Origin: Planctomycetota bacterium
Lineage (GTDB): Bacteria > Planctomycetota > B15-G4
DNA: 64,000 bases
NCBI GenBank assembly: GCA_038212275.1
Contig: JBBQUR010000005.1
Span: 160,001 to 224,000 of the forward strand
Reading direction: 5' to 3'
Shown: positions 1 to 9,715 of the stretch, piece by piece
How the letters are laid out: the number at the start of each line of letters is the position of its first letter
How positions within the stretch are numbered: the first letter of the stretch is position 1
Notes under the pieces: generated by a model
What the model saw: only the letters and a program-made list of their open reading frames with translations
The model's database searches: none
What the model was told of the DNA's origin: nothing
Made by a program: the position numbers and the translations under genes

Positions 1-1
1 C

Positions 2-2011
2 GGCCGGAACTTCACCAGCTCGGCCAACTTCGGCACGAATCGCTCGGAGAACATCGACCCGGGCGACGTGGACAACGACGGCGACATGGACGTCGGCGTG
101 GCCAACGGCGGTGACTTCGGCAAGGAGGCCAACCGCCTCTTCATCAACCTCGGCGGCCTGCAGGGCGGCACCGTGGGCCTGTTCACCGAGGAGACAGCGA
201 CGCGCTTCGCCGGCGTGACGCTCGACACCTCGCGCGACATCGAGTTCGTGGACGTGGACAACGACGCCGACCTCGACGTGTTCATCGCCAACCGCGGCAA
301 CCTGGTAAACGGCGGCGAGCCCAGCCGCTTCTACACCAACCTTGGCGGACTGCAGGGCGGCACGATCGGCTTCTTCCAGGAGGACACGAACCTGCGCTGG
401 GGCCAGCTCGTGGGCGTGCCGCTCGGCGATCAGGTGTTCGGCGGCAACGCCGGCCCCTTCCGCGAATACTCCTGCGATTGCGACTTCGCGGACCTCGATG
501 ACGACGGCGACAGCGATCTCTTCTTCAGCAGTTACGGGCCGGCCCTCAACGGGACGCGCGAGTCGCGCATCTTCCTGAACAGCGGATCCGGCGTGTTCGA
601 CGAGTTGTACCCGTGGGCCAACGCCGGAGCCGACATCAAGCTCCACACCTTCGACATGGATCTCGCGGACCTCGACGGCGACTTCGACATCGACATCTCG
701 ATGTCCAGCCGCGACAGCCAGGCGCGGCAGTACATCAACAATCTGTACAACCCGCTGAGCTCATCGCCATTCCAGGACACGACGCAGTGGGCGCTGCTCA
801 CGGGCCAACCGGGCGGCTCCGCCAGCGTGAACTACGAGACCGAGTACGCCGACGTGGACGGTGACGGCGACTTCGATCTCTGGATGCTGGACTACAACGG
901 CAACCTCGATCGCGTCTTCCGCAACGACGGATTCACACCGGGACAGGGCGCGCATTTCACCCAGATGAACGCCTGGCTCAAGGGCGACCCGAATGTGGAC
1001 GAGAACGAAATCGACTTCATCGACTACGACGGGGATGGCGACCTCGACGCCTTCATCGCCAACTTCAGCGGCACGAATTACATGTACCAGAGCGGGCTCG
1101 CGCAGGGCCTGCACTACGACACCGTGGGCCTGTTCCACCGCACGGGCCTGGCATCCGGACTCTCGCCCAATCCGGAACTCCCGTCTACCTTCAACGGTAA
1201 CACCACGCTCGACGCCGATGTCGCCGACATCGACAACGACGGCGACGATGACCTGCTGCTGTGCAACGACGCCAACCAGCAGAACTATCTCTTCCGCAAC
1301 GTGCTCGGCGTGCCCGATACGCATGCGCCGACCTTCTACAAGCTGACTGTCGTGCCGGCCAACGTGCCGAATGGCATCCCGCAGGTCGTGCACGCACAGA
1401 TCCGCGACAACACCAGTTACTACCTGACCAGCTTCTACCCGGCCGTGCTGCACTACTCGGTGAACAACGGCCCGGACGTGGCATTGCCGATGTTCGCTCA
1501 GGGCAGCATGCAGTTCCGCGGGGTCATTCCGGCGCAGACCGACGCCACCGTCTCCTACTACATCGAGTGCGCCGACCTCGCCGGCAACATCTCGGCCTGT
1601 GCCGTGATGTGCTACGAGCAGGGCGTCGCGCCGACGCCGTGGAGCAACCTCGGCTTCGGGCTCGCGGGAATCGCGGGCGTGCCGACGCTCACCGGCACCG
1701 GCTCGCTCGTCGCGCAGTGTCCGCTGACGCTCGACCTCGCGAATGCCAGGCCCGCAGCGCTCGCCGCGCTCTTTCTGTCGATCACGTCGACACCCGTGCC
1801 CTTCAAGGGCGGCATGCTGGCTGCCTTCCCGCCGCTCTCCGGCTTCCCGCTGCTGCTCTCGACCGGCGCCGGCACGCTGTCGCTGCCCGCGACGATGCCC
1901 TCCGGCACGAGCGGCCTCGGCCTCGAGCTTTTCCTCCAGTACGCCATCGCTGACGCGGCGGCCGTCAAGGGCGTCGCGCTGAGCAATGCGCTCAAGGGCG
2001 ACGTGCCGTAG
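2..2011 (+). CDS. FG-GAP/VCBS-type repeat exoprotein with conserved ~120-aa C-terminal domain (5' partial)
   Basis: Frame is open from base 2. Many DxDxDGDxD Ca-binding repeats (DVDNDGDMD, DLDDDGDSD, DLDGDFDID, DVDGDGDFD, DYDGDGDLD, DIDNDGDDD). C-terminus is homologous to that of the CDS ending at 50741. Confidence 0.85.
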   Translation, partial: GRNFTSSANFGTNRSENIDPGDVDNDGDMDVGVANGGDFGKEANRLFINLGGLQGGTVGLFTEETATRFAGVTLDTSRDIEFVDVDNDADLDVFIANRGNLVNGGEPSRFYTNLGGLQGGTIGFFQEDTNLRWGQLVGVPLGDQVFGGNAGPFREYSCDCDFADLDDDGDSDLFFSSYGPALNGTRESRIFLNSGSGVFDELYPWANAGADIKLHTFDMDLADLDGDFDIDISMSSRDSQARQYINNLYNPLSSSPFQDTTQWALLTGQPGGSASVNYETEYADVDGDGDFDLWMLDYNGNLDRVFRNDGFTPGQGAHFTQMNAWLKGDPNVDENEIDFIDYDGDGDLDAFIANFSGTNYMYQSGLAQGLHYDTVGLFHRTGLASGLSPNPELPSTFNGNTTLDADVADIDNDGDDDLLLCNDANQQNYLFRNVLGVPDTHAPTFYKLTVVPANVPNGIPQVVHAQIRDNTSYYLTSFYPAVLHYSVNNGPDVALPMFAQGSMQFRGVIPAQTDATVSYYIECADLAGNISACAVMCYEQGVAPTPWSNLGFGLAGIAGVPTLTGTGSLVAQCPLTLDLANARPAALAALFLSITSTPVPFKGGMLAAFPPLSGFPLLLSTGAGTLSLPATMPSGTSGLGLELFLQYAIADAAAVKGVALSNALKGDVP

Positions 2012-2106
2012 CGCCCGGCGAAGCAGCAGCTCGGCCGCCGCGCAGGATCCGCTCGTGCTCTCGTGCTAGGTCGTGGAGAATCCACGACTCGCACGGGAGA
2101 CCCGAC

Positions 2107-3189
2107 ATGAAGCCGACCGAACGCCTGCACCGCCTGGGCCAGAGCCTGTGGCTCGACAACATCTCGCGCGGCCTGCTCGATGACGGCAGCCTCGCGCGCA
2201 CGATCCGGGAGCTCTCGGTGACGGGGCTCACCTCCAATCCCACCATCTTCGAGCACGCGATCCGCGGCGGGCACTACGACGCCGCCATCCGCAGGAAGGC
2301 TGCGGCGGGCCTGCAGCCCGAGCCGCTGTTCTTCGAACTCGCGCTGGAGGACATCACGCGCGCCGCCGACTTGTTCCGGCCGGTGCATGAGGCGACCTGC
2401 GGGGTGGATGGGTGGGTCTCGCTCGAGTTGTCGCCCGACCTCGCCGACGACACGCAGGCCAGCATCTCCGCGGCCTACGACCTGCACACGCGCGCCGGGC
2501 GCAGCAACGTCTTCATCAAGATCCCGGGCACACCGGCCGGCATCCCGGCCATCGAGGAATCCATCTTTGCCGGCGTGCCGGTGAACGTGACGCTGCTGTT
2601 CTCGGCCGAGCAATACCTCGCCGCGGCCGGCGCCTACCTGCGCGGCATCGAGCGGCGCCTCGCGGCCGGACTCGACCCCGACGTGCGCTCCGTGGCCTCG
2701 CTCTTCGTGAGCCGCTGGGACACGGCCGTCGCAGACAAGGTGCCCGCCGCGCTGCGCGACCGGCTGGGCATCGCGATCGCGCGCCGCACCTACCGCGTGG
2801 CGCGCGAGCTGCACGAGAGCGACCGCTGGCTGGCGCTGCTCAATGCCGGAGCGCGAGCCCAGCGCGTGCTGTGGGCCAGCACCAGCACCAAGAGTGCCAG
2901 CGCACCCGACGTCCTTTACGTGGAGGCGCTGGCCGCGCCACACACCGTGAACACGATGCCGGACAAGACGCTGGCGGCCTTCGCCGACCACGGCTGCGTG
3001 GCCGCCCTCATGCCGCGCGACGGCGGCGACGCCGAGGCCGTTCTCGAACAATTCACGAAGGCCGGCGTGGACCTGTCCGCCCTGGCCGGCAAGTTGCAGC
3101 GCGACGGCGCCGCCTCCTTCGCCAGATCGTGGAAGGACCTGCTCGCCGGCATCGCGGAGCGCAGCGCCACGCTGGGCAGCGCGCACTGA
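2107..3189 (+). CDS. tal: transaldolase
   Basis: GQSLWLDNISR, GLTSNPTIF, NVFIKIPGT (Schiff-base Lys), VNVTLLFS and QRVLWASTSTK motifs; GGGAGA SD upstream. Confidence 0.95.
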   Translation: MKPTERLHRLGQSLWLDNISRGLLDDGSLARTIRELSVTGLTSNPTIFEHAIRGGHYDAAIRRKAAAGLQPEPLFFELALEDITRAADLFRPVHEATCGVDGWVSLELSPDLADDTQASISAAYDLHTRAGRSNVFIKIPGTPAGIPAIEESIFAGVPVNVTLLFSAEQYLAAAGAYLRGIERRLAAGLDPDVRSVASLFVSRWDTAVADKVPAALRDRLGIAIARRTYRVARELHESDRWLALLNAGARAQRVLWASTSTKSASAPDVLYVEALAAPHTVNTMPDKTLAAFADHGCVAALMPRDGGDAEAVLEQFTKAGVDLSALAGKLQRDGAASFARSWKDLLAGIAERSATLGSAH

Positions 3190-3346
3190 GCACTGAGCGT
3201 TGAGCCCTGAGCGTTGAGCCCTGAGCCCTGAGCCGTGAGCCCTGAGCCGTGAGCCGTGAGCCGTGAGCCGCGAGCCGCGAGCCGCGATGCGCCGCGATGC
3301 GCCGCGACGAGATGCGCCGCGCCGCGCTGCGCCGCGCCGCGATGCG
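3184..3346. repeat. drifting short tandem repeat array (7-bp TGAGCNN, then CGAGCCG, then GCGCC/GCGAT units)
   Basis: Read directly: cactgag cactgag cgttgag ccctgag ... ccgtgag ... ccgcgag ccgcgat gcgccgcgat. Begins on the tal stop codon. Confidence 0.9.
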
Positions 3347-3430
3347 GACGGACGGGTTCGTGCGCGGCGTGCTGCCGTGAGCTAGACAGCGGCGTTTTCG
3401 AAACGACATTTTCCAAGGCAGGAGATTCGC

Positions 3431-4180
3431 GTGGGCAAGCTGGGAGGCAAGGTGGCTGTGGTGACGGGTGCATCCAAGGGCATCGGCGCGGGCATCGCGA
3501 CGGCGCTCGGCGCGGCAGGCGCCTCGGTGGTCGTGAACTACTCGTCGAGCCGTGAAGGAGCCGACTCGGTCGTCGCGGCGCTCCGCGCGGCCGGCGGCAA
3601 AGCGCTCGCCGTGAAGGGCGACGTCTCGAAGTCGGCGGATGTGCGTCAGCTCTTCGCGGAGACCATCGCGGCCTTCGGCAGCCTCGACGTGCTCGTCAAC
3701 AACGCGGGCATCTACAAGTTCGCGCCGCTCGAGGAAGTGACCGAAGCTCACTTCCACCAGCACTTCGACGTCAATGTCCTCGGTCTGCTGCTCGCGACGC
3801 AGGAGGCGTGCCGGCACTTCGGACCCGCGGGCGGCAGCGTGATCAACATCAGTTCGGTGGTGAGCCGCAACGCGATGCCCGGCAGCTCGGTCTACTCGGC
3901 GACGAAGGCCGCGGTGGATTCGATCACGCGCGTTCTCGCCGCGGAACTCGGGCCGCGCAGGATCCGCGTCAACGCCATCAACCCGGGCGGCGTGGAGACC
4001 GAAGGCACGCGCACAGGCGGCATCGTCGGCAGCGACATGGAACGCATGATGGTGTCGCAGACCCCGCTGGGTCGCCTCGGACAGCCGGAGGACATCGCCT
4101 CCGTGGCGGTCTTCCTCGCATCATCCGATGCCGGCTGGATGACCGGCGAGTCGATGCTGGTCTCCGGCGGGCTGCGCTGA
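3431..4180 (+). CDS. SDR family oxidoreductase (glucose 1-dehydrogenase/FabG-like)
   Basis: TGASKGIG, NNAG and YSATK motifs; AGGAGA SD before GTG. Confidence 0.93.
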   Translation: MGKLGGKVAVVTGASKGIGAGIATALGAAGASVVVNYSSSREGADSVVAALRAAGGKALAVKGDVSKSADVRQLFAETIAAFGSLDVLVNNAGIYKFAPLEEVTEAHFHQHFDVNVLGLLLATQEACRHFGPAGGSVINISSVVSRNAMPGSSVYSATKAAVDSITRVLAAELGPRRIRVNAINPGGVETEGTRTGGIVGSDMERMMVSQTPLGRLGQPEDIASVAVFLASSDAGWMTGESMLVSGGLR

Positions 4181-4244
4181 CGGAGAGCCGCCTCGCCCCC
4201 GGATCACGTCCGATGCGACGGGCTCGTCCACGCCGCCGGTGGGT

Positions 4245-6788
4245 TCAGCGCGTGCGCGGGCGCGGACGCCGCTGCGGCGCCGCGGACAGCGGGTCCTCGG
4301 GCCAGGCGTGCCGCGGATAGCGGCGTGAGAGTTCGCGCCGCGTCTGCGGATAGACGTTTGCCCAGAAGCTGGCGAGATCGTCAGTGACCTGCTCGGCCCG
4401 GCCATTGGGTGCGAGCAGGTGCAGCAGCACCTTGACCTGCCCGCCGAGCACGCGCGGCGTTTCGCGCTGGCCGAACAGCTCCTGCATGCGCACGGCCAGC
4501 ACGGGCGCGCGCGCCGGGTCGTAGTCCAGTGCGGGATGGCTGCCGCTGGCCAGGACCAGGCGCTCGGGGGCGAGGCGCTCGAGTGCGGCACGCTGCGGCG
4601 GGTCGAGCGCGTCGCGCAGGCGGGCGGCCAGCGGCACGCGCTGAAGGTCTTCGAACGAGCGACAGTCGTCGCACAGGGACGGGAGCAGCGCGCGCAGCCC
4701 GTCGTCGTCGAAGGTCGGCAGCGAAAGGTCGGGGCGCTGCGCGGCCAGCCAGCGCAGGCGCGCGAGAAAGGCCTGCACGCCGGGTTCGCGCAGCGGCAGG
4801 GCCTCGGCCAGGCGCTCGGCGGCGGCAACGGCCAGGCACTGCGCGACCTCGTCGGCACCGGGCAGCGCGGCGGGCGACTCTTCCAGTGCGAGCTCCTCGA
4901 ACAGCACGCGGCGCACGGCGGCCACGCGCAGCGTGCGTGCGTCGAAGGCCGCTTCGGTGCACGTGACGAGGCGCGAGGGATCGAGCCACTCGCGGCGCAC
5001 CGCACTGGCCATCCGCGCCAGCGCATCGCCGCCCGAGCGCGCGTCGAGGTCAAGCGCGAGAAACAGCGGCGCATCGCGCACGGCGCTGCGCGGATCGAGC
5101 GTCACGCCGCGGCCGCCGGCCATCACGGCGCGCGGACTGCCGGGTTCGCGCCGGCGACACAGGCGGTCTGGGAAGGCCGCCAGCAGCGCGCGTCCCAGGG
5201 CTTCGGCGGCCACCTCGCGCGAGCCGCCGGTCTCCTGCAGCAGATCCAGCAATTGATCGCGCGCGCGCAGGATGCCGCGTGCGCCGGCCACGTGCAGCTC
5301 GCCCAGCTCGGAGTGGCGCACGCCGCGTGTCTCGAAGTCCTCCAGCGCAGCGACGCGATCGGACACGTCGCAGGCCGAGGCATGCGTGGCGCGGCGCGCA
5401 TGCGGTGGCTGCCGGCCACGCAGGAAGGGGTCGCGCTCGGCGAGCAACGCCGCGGCAAGCGCGGCCTGCCTCGCCACGCCGAGGGCCGCGCCCTCGAGGA
5501 GCAGGCGTGCCAGGCGCGGATGCACCGGCAGGCGCGCCATCGCGCGGCCGGCCGGCGTCAGGCCGCGCACGGCGGCGTCGGTCGCGCCGAGGCGCGACAG
5601 GAGCGTCAGCGCTTCGTCCAGCGCCGCGCGCGGCGGAGCCTGCAACCACGGGAAGGCGTGCACGTCGTGCTCGCCCCAGTCGAGCAGCTGCAGCACCGGG
5701 CCGGTGAGGTCCACGCGCAGCACCTCGGGCTGCTCGGCGGCGGGGCGCGCGCGGTGTTCGAGCTCGGTCCACAGCCGCACGCAGGTGCCCGGTTCGGTGC
5801 GGCCTGCGCGACCGGCGCGCTGCTCGGCCGAGGCGCGCGAGATCGGCACCAGCTCGAGGCGGTCGAGTCCCACGGCAGGGTCGAAGGACAAGCGCCGCTG
5901 CAGCCCGCTGTCCACCACGCCCGTGACGCCCTCGACGGTGACCGAGGTCTCGGCCACGTTGGTGGACAGGATGACGCGCCGTCGCGGCCCGCGCCGCAGC
6001 GCGTCGTCCTGGCGCTCGGGTGGCAGGTCGCCGTAGAGCTCGACGAGCTGCACGTCCGCGCGCGCGGCCAGCGGCGCGAGGTCCTCGGCGCAGCGGCGGA
6101 TCTCGCCCACGCCGGGCAGGAAGACGAGCACGTCGCCGCGCGTGGCCGCCAGCGCCTCGGTGACGCCCGCAGCCACGGCGCGCGACAGCGGCTCGTCACG
6201 CTCGCTGCGGCGCCAGCGCTGCTCGATGGGGAAGAGCCGCCCCTCGCACGTGAGCACAGGTGCGTCGCCGAGGAAGGCAGGCAGCGCGGACCCGAGGTCG
6301 CTGGCGGACATGGCCAGCAACCAGAGATCGGGGCGCGCCGCCTGCACGCGCCGGAGCAGGGCCAGCGAAAGGTCGCTGTCGAGGTGCCGCTCGTGGAATT
6401 CGTCCAGCACCACGGCGCCGGCGCGCGAGAGCAACGGGTTGTCCTGCAACCTGCGCACGAGCAGGCCTTCGGTCAACACCAGCAATCGCGTGCGCGGGCC
6501 CGCGCGTCGGTCGAAGCGCACGGCGTAGCCGACCTCGTCGCCGAGCCGCACGCCGCGCTCTTCGGCGATGCGCCGGGCGGCAGCGCGCGCGGCCAGGCGC
6601 CGCGGTTGCAGCACGAGCACGTCGCGCGCCTCGCCGCCTCGCGCGGCCAGCGCATCCATCAGCGCCGGCGGCACGCGCGTCGTCTTGCCCGAGCCGGTGG
6701 GCGCACGCAGCACCGCCGCGCCATGCGCTCCCAGCGCGGCCAGCAATGCGGGCACGACGGCGTCGACGGGCAGAGGCGTGATGGGCAC
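4245..6788 (-). CDS. hrpB: ATP-dependent RNA helicase HrpB
   Basis: APTGSGKTT, DEFHER, STNVAETS and QRAGRAGR motifs; HrpB C-terminus FWANVYPQTRRELSRRYPRHAWPEDP. Confidence 0.95.
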   Translation of the reverse strand: MPITPLPVDAVVPALLAALGAHGAAVLRAPTGSGKTTRVPPALMDALAARGGEARDVLVLQPRRLAARAAARRIAEERGVRLGDEVGYAVRFDRRAGPRTRLLVLTEGLLVRRLQDNPLLSRAGAVVLDEFHERHLDSDLSLALLRRVQAARPDLWLLAMSASDLGSALPAFLGDAPVLTCEGRLFPIEQRWRRSERDEPLSRAVAAGVTEALAATRGDVLVFLPGVGEIRRCAEDLAPLAARADVQLVELYGDLPPERQDDALRRGPRRRVILSTNVAETSVTVEGVTGVVDSGLQRRLSFDPAVGLDRLELVPISRASAEQRAGRAGRTEPGTCVRLWTELEHRARPAAEQPEVLRVDLTGPVLQLLDWGEHDVHAFPWLQAPPRAALDEALTLLSRLGATDAAVRGLTPAGRAMARLPVHPRLARLLLEGAALGVARQAALAAALLAERDPFLRGRQPPHARRATHASACDVSDRVAALEDFETRGVRHSELGELHVAGARGILRARDQLLDLLQETGGSREVAAEALGRALLAAFPDRLCRRREPGSPRAVMAGGRGVTLDPRSAVRDAPLFLALDLDARSGGDALARMASAVRREWLDPSRLVTCTEAAFDARTLRVAAVRRVLFEELALEESPAALPGADEVAQCLAVAAAERLAEALPLREPGVQAFLARLRWLAAQRPDLSLPTFDDDGLRALLPSLCDDCRSFEDLQRVPLAARLRDALDPPQRAALERLAPERLVLASGSHPALDYDPARAPVLAVRMQELFGQRETPRVLGGQVKVLLHLLAPNGRAEQVTDDLASFWANVYPQTRRELSRRYPRHAWPEDPLSAAPQRRPRPRTR

Positions 6789-6794
6789 GCGGCG

Positions 6795-6800
6795 AGGATA
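6795..6800 (-). promoter_or_regulatory. putative -10 box TATCCT, 6 nt before the hrpB GTG (leaderless)
   Basis: cgcTATCCTcgccgcGTG on the minus strand; no SD in the spacer. Confidence 0.5.
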
Positions 6801-6818
6801 GCGGGAGCGGGTGCGCCT

Positions 6819-7694
6819 CTAGCGAAGGCTCTCGATGAGCGCTTCACTCAGGTGCGCGTATTCCGCACCGATGGCTCCGCCTGCCTTGTGCGCAAGGGCG
6901 AGCGACTCGCTCGCTGCGGCAAGCGCGGCCTGCTTGTCGCCGAGCTTCGCGAGGATCAGCCCCTTGCGGTAGATGATCCAGAAGGCCTCGGGCTGTTCCT
7001 TGATCGCCTCGTCCATCCACGCGACGGCCTGCTTCAGGTCGAGGTCGTGCGCGTAATAGAACATTGCCGCATCGAGCCAGGGCTTTTTGCCCGTGCCTTC
7101 CATCGCCGTCCGGATCTGCGGCAGCAGCACCTTCACGACGTTGGTCTGCAGGGTGATCGGGACGCGCGTCCTGTCCCAGGTGATGTTCAGCGTGGCCGCG
7201 TCGTCGCTCACGTCCGACAACCCGATGGTCATGGTTTCCACGGCCTCCGGCAGCGCGACCGGCTTCACCTTGATGCGCACGAGATCGTTCTTCTCGTCGT
7301 AGGCATAGGAACCCCACTGGCCGTCGACCTTGTTCAGGATGACGGTCCACTCGTCCGCGCCGGGAATCGTGAACAGCGCGTACGAACCCGCCGGCACCTC
7401 GGCGCCGCCGAAGGCCACGTCGGTGCCGAAGCTGATCTTCGTCGCGGAGTTGGCGCCCGTGCGCCAGACCTCGCCGTAGGGCACGAGCCCGCCGAAGATC
7501 CTGCGGCCCTTGACGCCGGGGCGCGCATACACGACCTCGACGTCGGTCAGACCGACGCGTTCCTTCACCGTGGCGGGAGGACTGGCTTTGGGAAACTCGA
7601 GCTTGACGTCCTGGGGCGGCATCGCGCGCACCTCCGCGACGAGAAACGAACCGACGAAGGCGCAGAGCACGACGGGCAGGATGTTGATCTTCAT
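6819..7694 (-). CDS. DUF2911 domain secreted protein with TPR-like C-terminus
   Basis: Signal peptide; ASPPATVKERVGLTDVEVVYARPGVKGRRIFGGLVPYGEVWRTGAN is typical of DUF2911. Start chosen at ATG 7694. Confidence 0.85.
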   Translation of the reverse strand: MKINILPVVLCAFVGSFLVAEVRAMPPQDVKLEFPKASPPATVKERVGLTDVEVVYARPGVKGRRIFGGLVPYGEVWRTGANSATKISFGTDVAFGGAEVPAGSYALFTIPGADEWTVILNKVDGQWGSYAYDEKNDLVRIKVKPVALPEAVETMTIGLSDVSDDAATLNITWDRTRVPITLQTNVVKVLLPQIRTAMEGTGKKPWLDAAMFYYAHDLDLKQAVAWMDEAIKEQPEAFWIIYRKGLILAKLGDKQAALAAASESLALAHKAGGAIGAEYAHLSEALIESLR

Positions 7695-7702
7695 GGCCGC
7701 GA

Positions 7703-7708
7703 ATCCTA
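7703..7708 (-). promoter_or_regulatory. putative -10 box TAGGAT, 8 nt before ATG (leaderless)
   Basis: cgcTAGGATtcgcggccATG on the minus strand. Confidence 0.5.
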
Positions 7709-7727
7709 GCGACTGCCGGGCGTGACT

Positions 7728-7773
7728 GTCACGCACCGCCGTCACGCACCGCCGTCGCGCACCGCCGTCGCGC
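7728..7773. repeat. 13-bp tandem repeat GTC(A/G)CGCACCGCC x3.5
   Basis: gtcacgcaccgcc gtcacgcaccgcc gtcgcgcaccgcc gtcgcgc. Confidence 0.85.
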
Positions 7774-7830
7774 GCAGGTCAGTCCGGACGGCGCGTCACC
7801 CGTGCGTTGCGCGGGCCGCGATGGCGCCGG

Positions 7831-7861
7831 CTACCAGCCCTCTTCCTACCAGCCCTCTTCC
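7831..7861. repeat. 15-bp direct duplication CTACCAGCCCTCTTC x2 copying the gene 3' end and stop codon
   Basis: ctaccagccctcttc ctaccagccctcttc; the second copy holds the stop and last codons of the metallophosphoesterase. Confidence 0.85.
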
Positions 7862-8622
7862 AGGCGCAGCGCCAGCGCGAAGGGCAGGCCCTGCGTCGCG
7901 CGGATCGCGCGGGCCGTGGCATCGAGGTCATAGGCGACGCGCCGGAAGCTGACCAGGCGTCCGTCGAAGAGGGCGTACGACGCGCGCACGTCGCCGTCGC
8001 GCGGCTGGCCCACCGAGCCGACGTTCACGATGCAGCGCTCGCCGCGCGTGTCGAAGCGCCCGTCGCAGGCCGCAGGCGAGGTCCACGAGAAGTCCTCGCC
8101 GATGACGCCGGGCACGTGCGTGTGGCCGATGAAGCACGGGCGGTCGATAAGCTTGAAGGCCCGGGCAAGCTTCGGCGAGTAGTCGCGGCTGCGCGGCATC
8201 TGGTCGAGCGCGTCTTCCTGGAAGAGGTACTCGTCCAGCGGCTGGGCGGGCGAGCCGTGCACGAGCACCGCGGTCGGCTGGTCGCTGCGCTCCGGCAGGC
8301 TCGCGATGAACTGCAGCAGGTCGCTCGACGACGCGGCGGCGAGGTCCAGCTGGGCGCGCGTCCAGCGGATGGCGGCCGCGGCCATGGGATTGAAGCCGGT
8401 GGGGCCCTCCAGCACGGCCTGCTCGTGATTGCCGCGAATGAAGGCGCTTGCGCGTTCGCGCAGCATCTCCAGGCACGCCACGGGTTCAGGGCCGTAGCCG
8501 ACGACGTCGCCGAGGCACCACAGCTCGTCGGCGCCCTGTGTGCGGGCGTCGTCCAGCACCGCCTCCAGGGCGTGGCGATTGCCGTGCACGTCGCTGACGA
8601 TCGCGATGAGTCCCGGTGCCAT
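7846..8622 (-). CDS. metallophosphoesterase family protein (calcineurin-like)
   Basis: SDVHGN, GDVVGYGP, RGNHE, HGSP, GHTH and NVGSVGQPRDG motifs. Confidence 0.93.
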   Translation of the reverse strand: MAPGLIAIVSDVHGNRHALEAVLDDARTQGADELWCLGDVVGYGPEPVACLEMLRERASAFIRGNHEQAVLEGPTGFNPMAAAAIRWTRAQLDLAAASSSDLLQFIASLPERSDQPTAVLVHGSPAQPLDEYLFQEDALDQMPRSRDYSPKLARAFKLIDRPCFIGHTHVPGVIGEDFSWTSPAACDGRFDTRGERCIVNVGSVGQPRDGDVRASYALFDGRLVSFRRVAYDLDATARAIRATQGLPFALALRLEEGW

Positions 8623-8684
8623 GCTGCGGCAGCATCCGTATGCGCCGTGCAGCGGTCAATGCGTGCGGGCGGCGGGGCGCACTC

Positions 8685-9638
8685 TCACGATGGCGTGCCG
8701 AGCAGGGCGCCCATGTATCCGCTGATCGCGGCGCCCACATCGATGCCGGTCGTCCGGCTGATTCCGGACAGGCCCGGCGAGCTGTTGACCTCGAGCACCA
8801 GGGGGGACAGGTCCTCCACGAGCAGGTCCACGGCTGCCACGTGCAGTCCGAGAGCGCGCGCCGCCCGCAGCGCCAGCGCCGTTTCCGCGGAGGTCGCCTC
8901 GATGGCCGCGGCCTGCGCTCCGTAGCCGAGGTTGCCACGGCCGATGCCCGGCGCGGGCCGACGCTCCATGGCCGCGACGACAGCCTCGCCGACGATGAAG
9001 AGCCGCCGGTCGATGCCGCCGCCGAGGAATGGCTGCACGAGCACCGGCCCGCTGCCGTCCGCGAAGGCCGCGGCCCGGCGCTCCGCCTCCGCGCGGCCGA
9101 TGCCCACCGTCACGCCGCGGCCCGAGCTGCCGGCGGCCGGCTTGACCACGAAGAGCTGGCCGGGCCGCTCGGCGCCGGGAAGCGCGCCGAGAGACGTCGG
9201 ACCGTCTCGCACCACGCAGAGCGTGGGCGGCACCGGAATGCCGGCGGCCGCGAGCGCGGCGAGGCTCGCCGCCTTGTCGTGGGCGATGCGCAGGGCGCCG
9301 GCCGGATTGAGCACGCGCGCGCCGGCGCGCTCCCAGACGTCGAGGCCGAGCAGCAGCTCGGCGGGCGTGCCCGACGGCAGGCGCGGCAGGAGCACCGTCC
9401 GCGCGAGGGCCGTCGCGGTCGCCGCGGTTCGCGCAGGTGGTGGCTGCGCCGGATGCATCCAGCGTGCGCGCAGGCCGGCGCGCGCGCAGCAGGCCAGCAG
9501 GGCGGGCACGTCGGAAACCTCGCTGGCGCGGCACAGGATGAGGCACTCGCCGCCATCGTCCCGTCCGCCGCCACCCGCAGGATCTCCCGCCTCCGGGGCG
9601 GTCGCGGAGGTGGGTTTCGGACGCGGCTCTGTCACCAC
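8685..9638 (-). CDS. RimK-like ATP-grasp ligase
   Basis: HDKA, GIPVPPT, VVKPAAGSSGRGV, LVQPF, RGNL, AAVDLL and LEVNSSPG motifs. Start is uncertain. Confidence 0.8.
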   Translation of the reverse strand: MVTEPRPKPTSATAPEAGDPAGGGGRDDGGECLILCRASEVSDVPALLACCARAGLRARWMHPAQPPPARTAATATALARTVLLPRLPSGTPAELLLGLDVWERAGARVLNPAGALRIAHDKAASLAALAAAGIPVPPTLCVVRDGPTSLGALPGAERPGQLFVVKPAAGSSGRGVTVGIGRAEAERRAAAFADGSGPVLVQPFLGGGIDRRLFIVGEAVVAAMERRPAPGIGRGNLGYGAQAAAIEATSAETALALRAARALGLHVAAVDLLVEDLSPLVLEVNSSPGLSGISRTTGIDVGAAISGYMGALLGTPS

Positions 9639-9715
9639 CTCATCGTGCCGTCCGCGGGGTGCGCTGCGCTATCGTCAGCACCCGACCGCATCGCTCCCGA
9701 TCCGAGGTCCGTCGC

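Noticed and set aside
4419..7709. 1096-aa plus-strand ORF
   Set aside because: Antisense shadow of hrpB and DUF2911; long stop-free frames are expected at this GC content.
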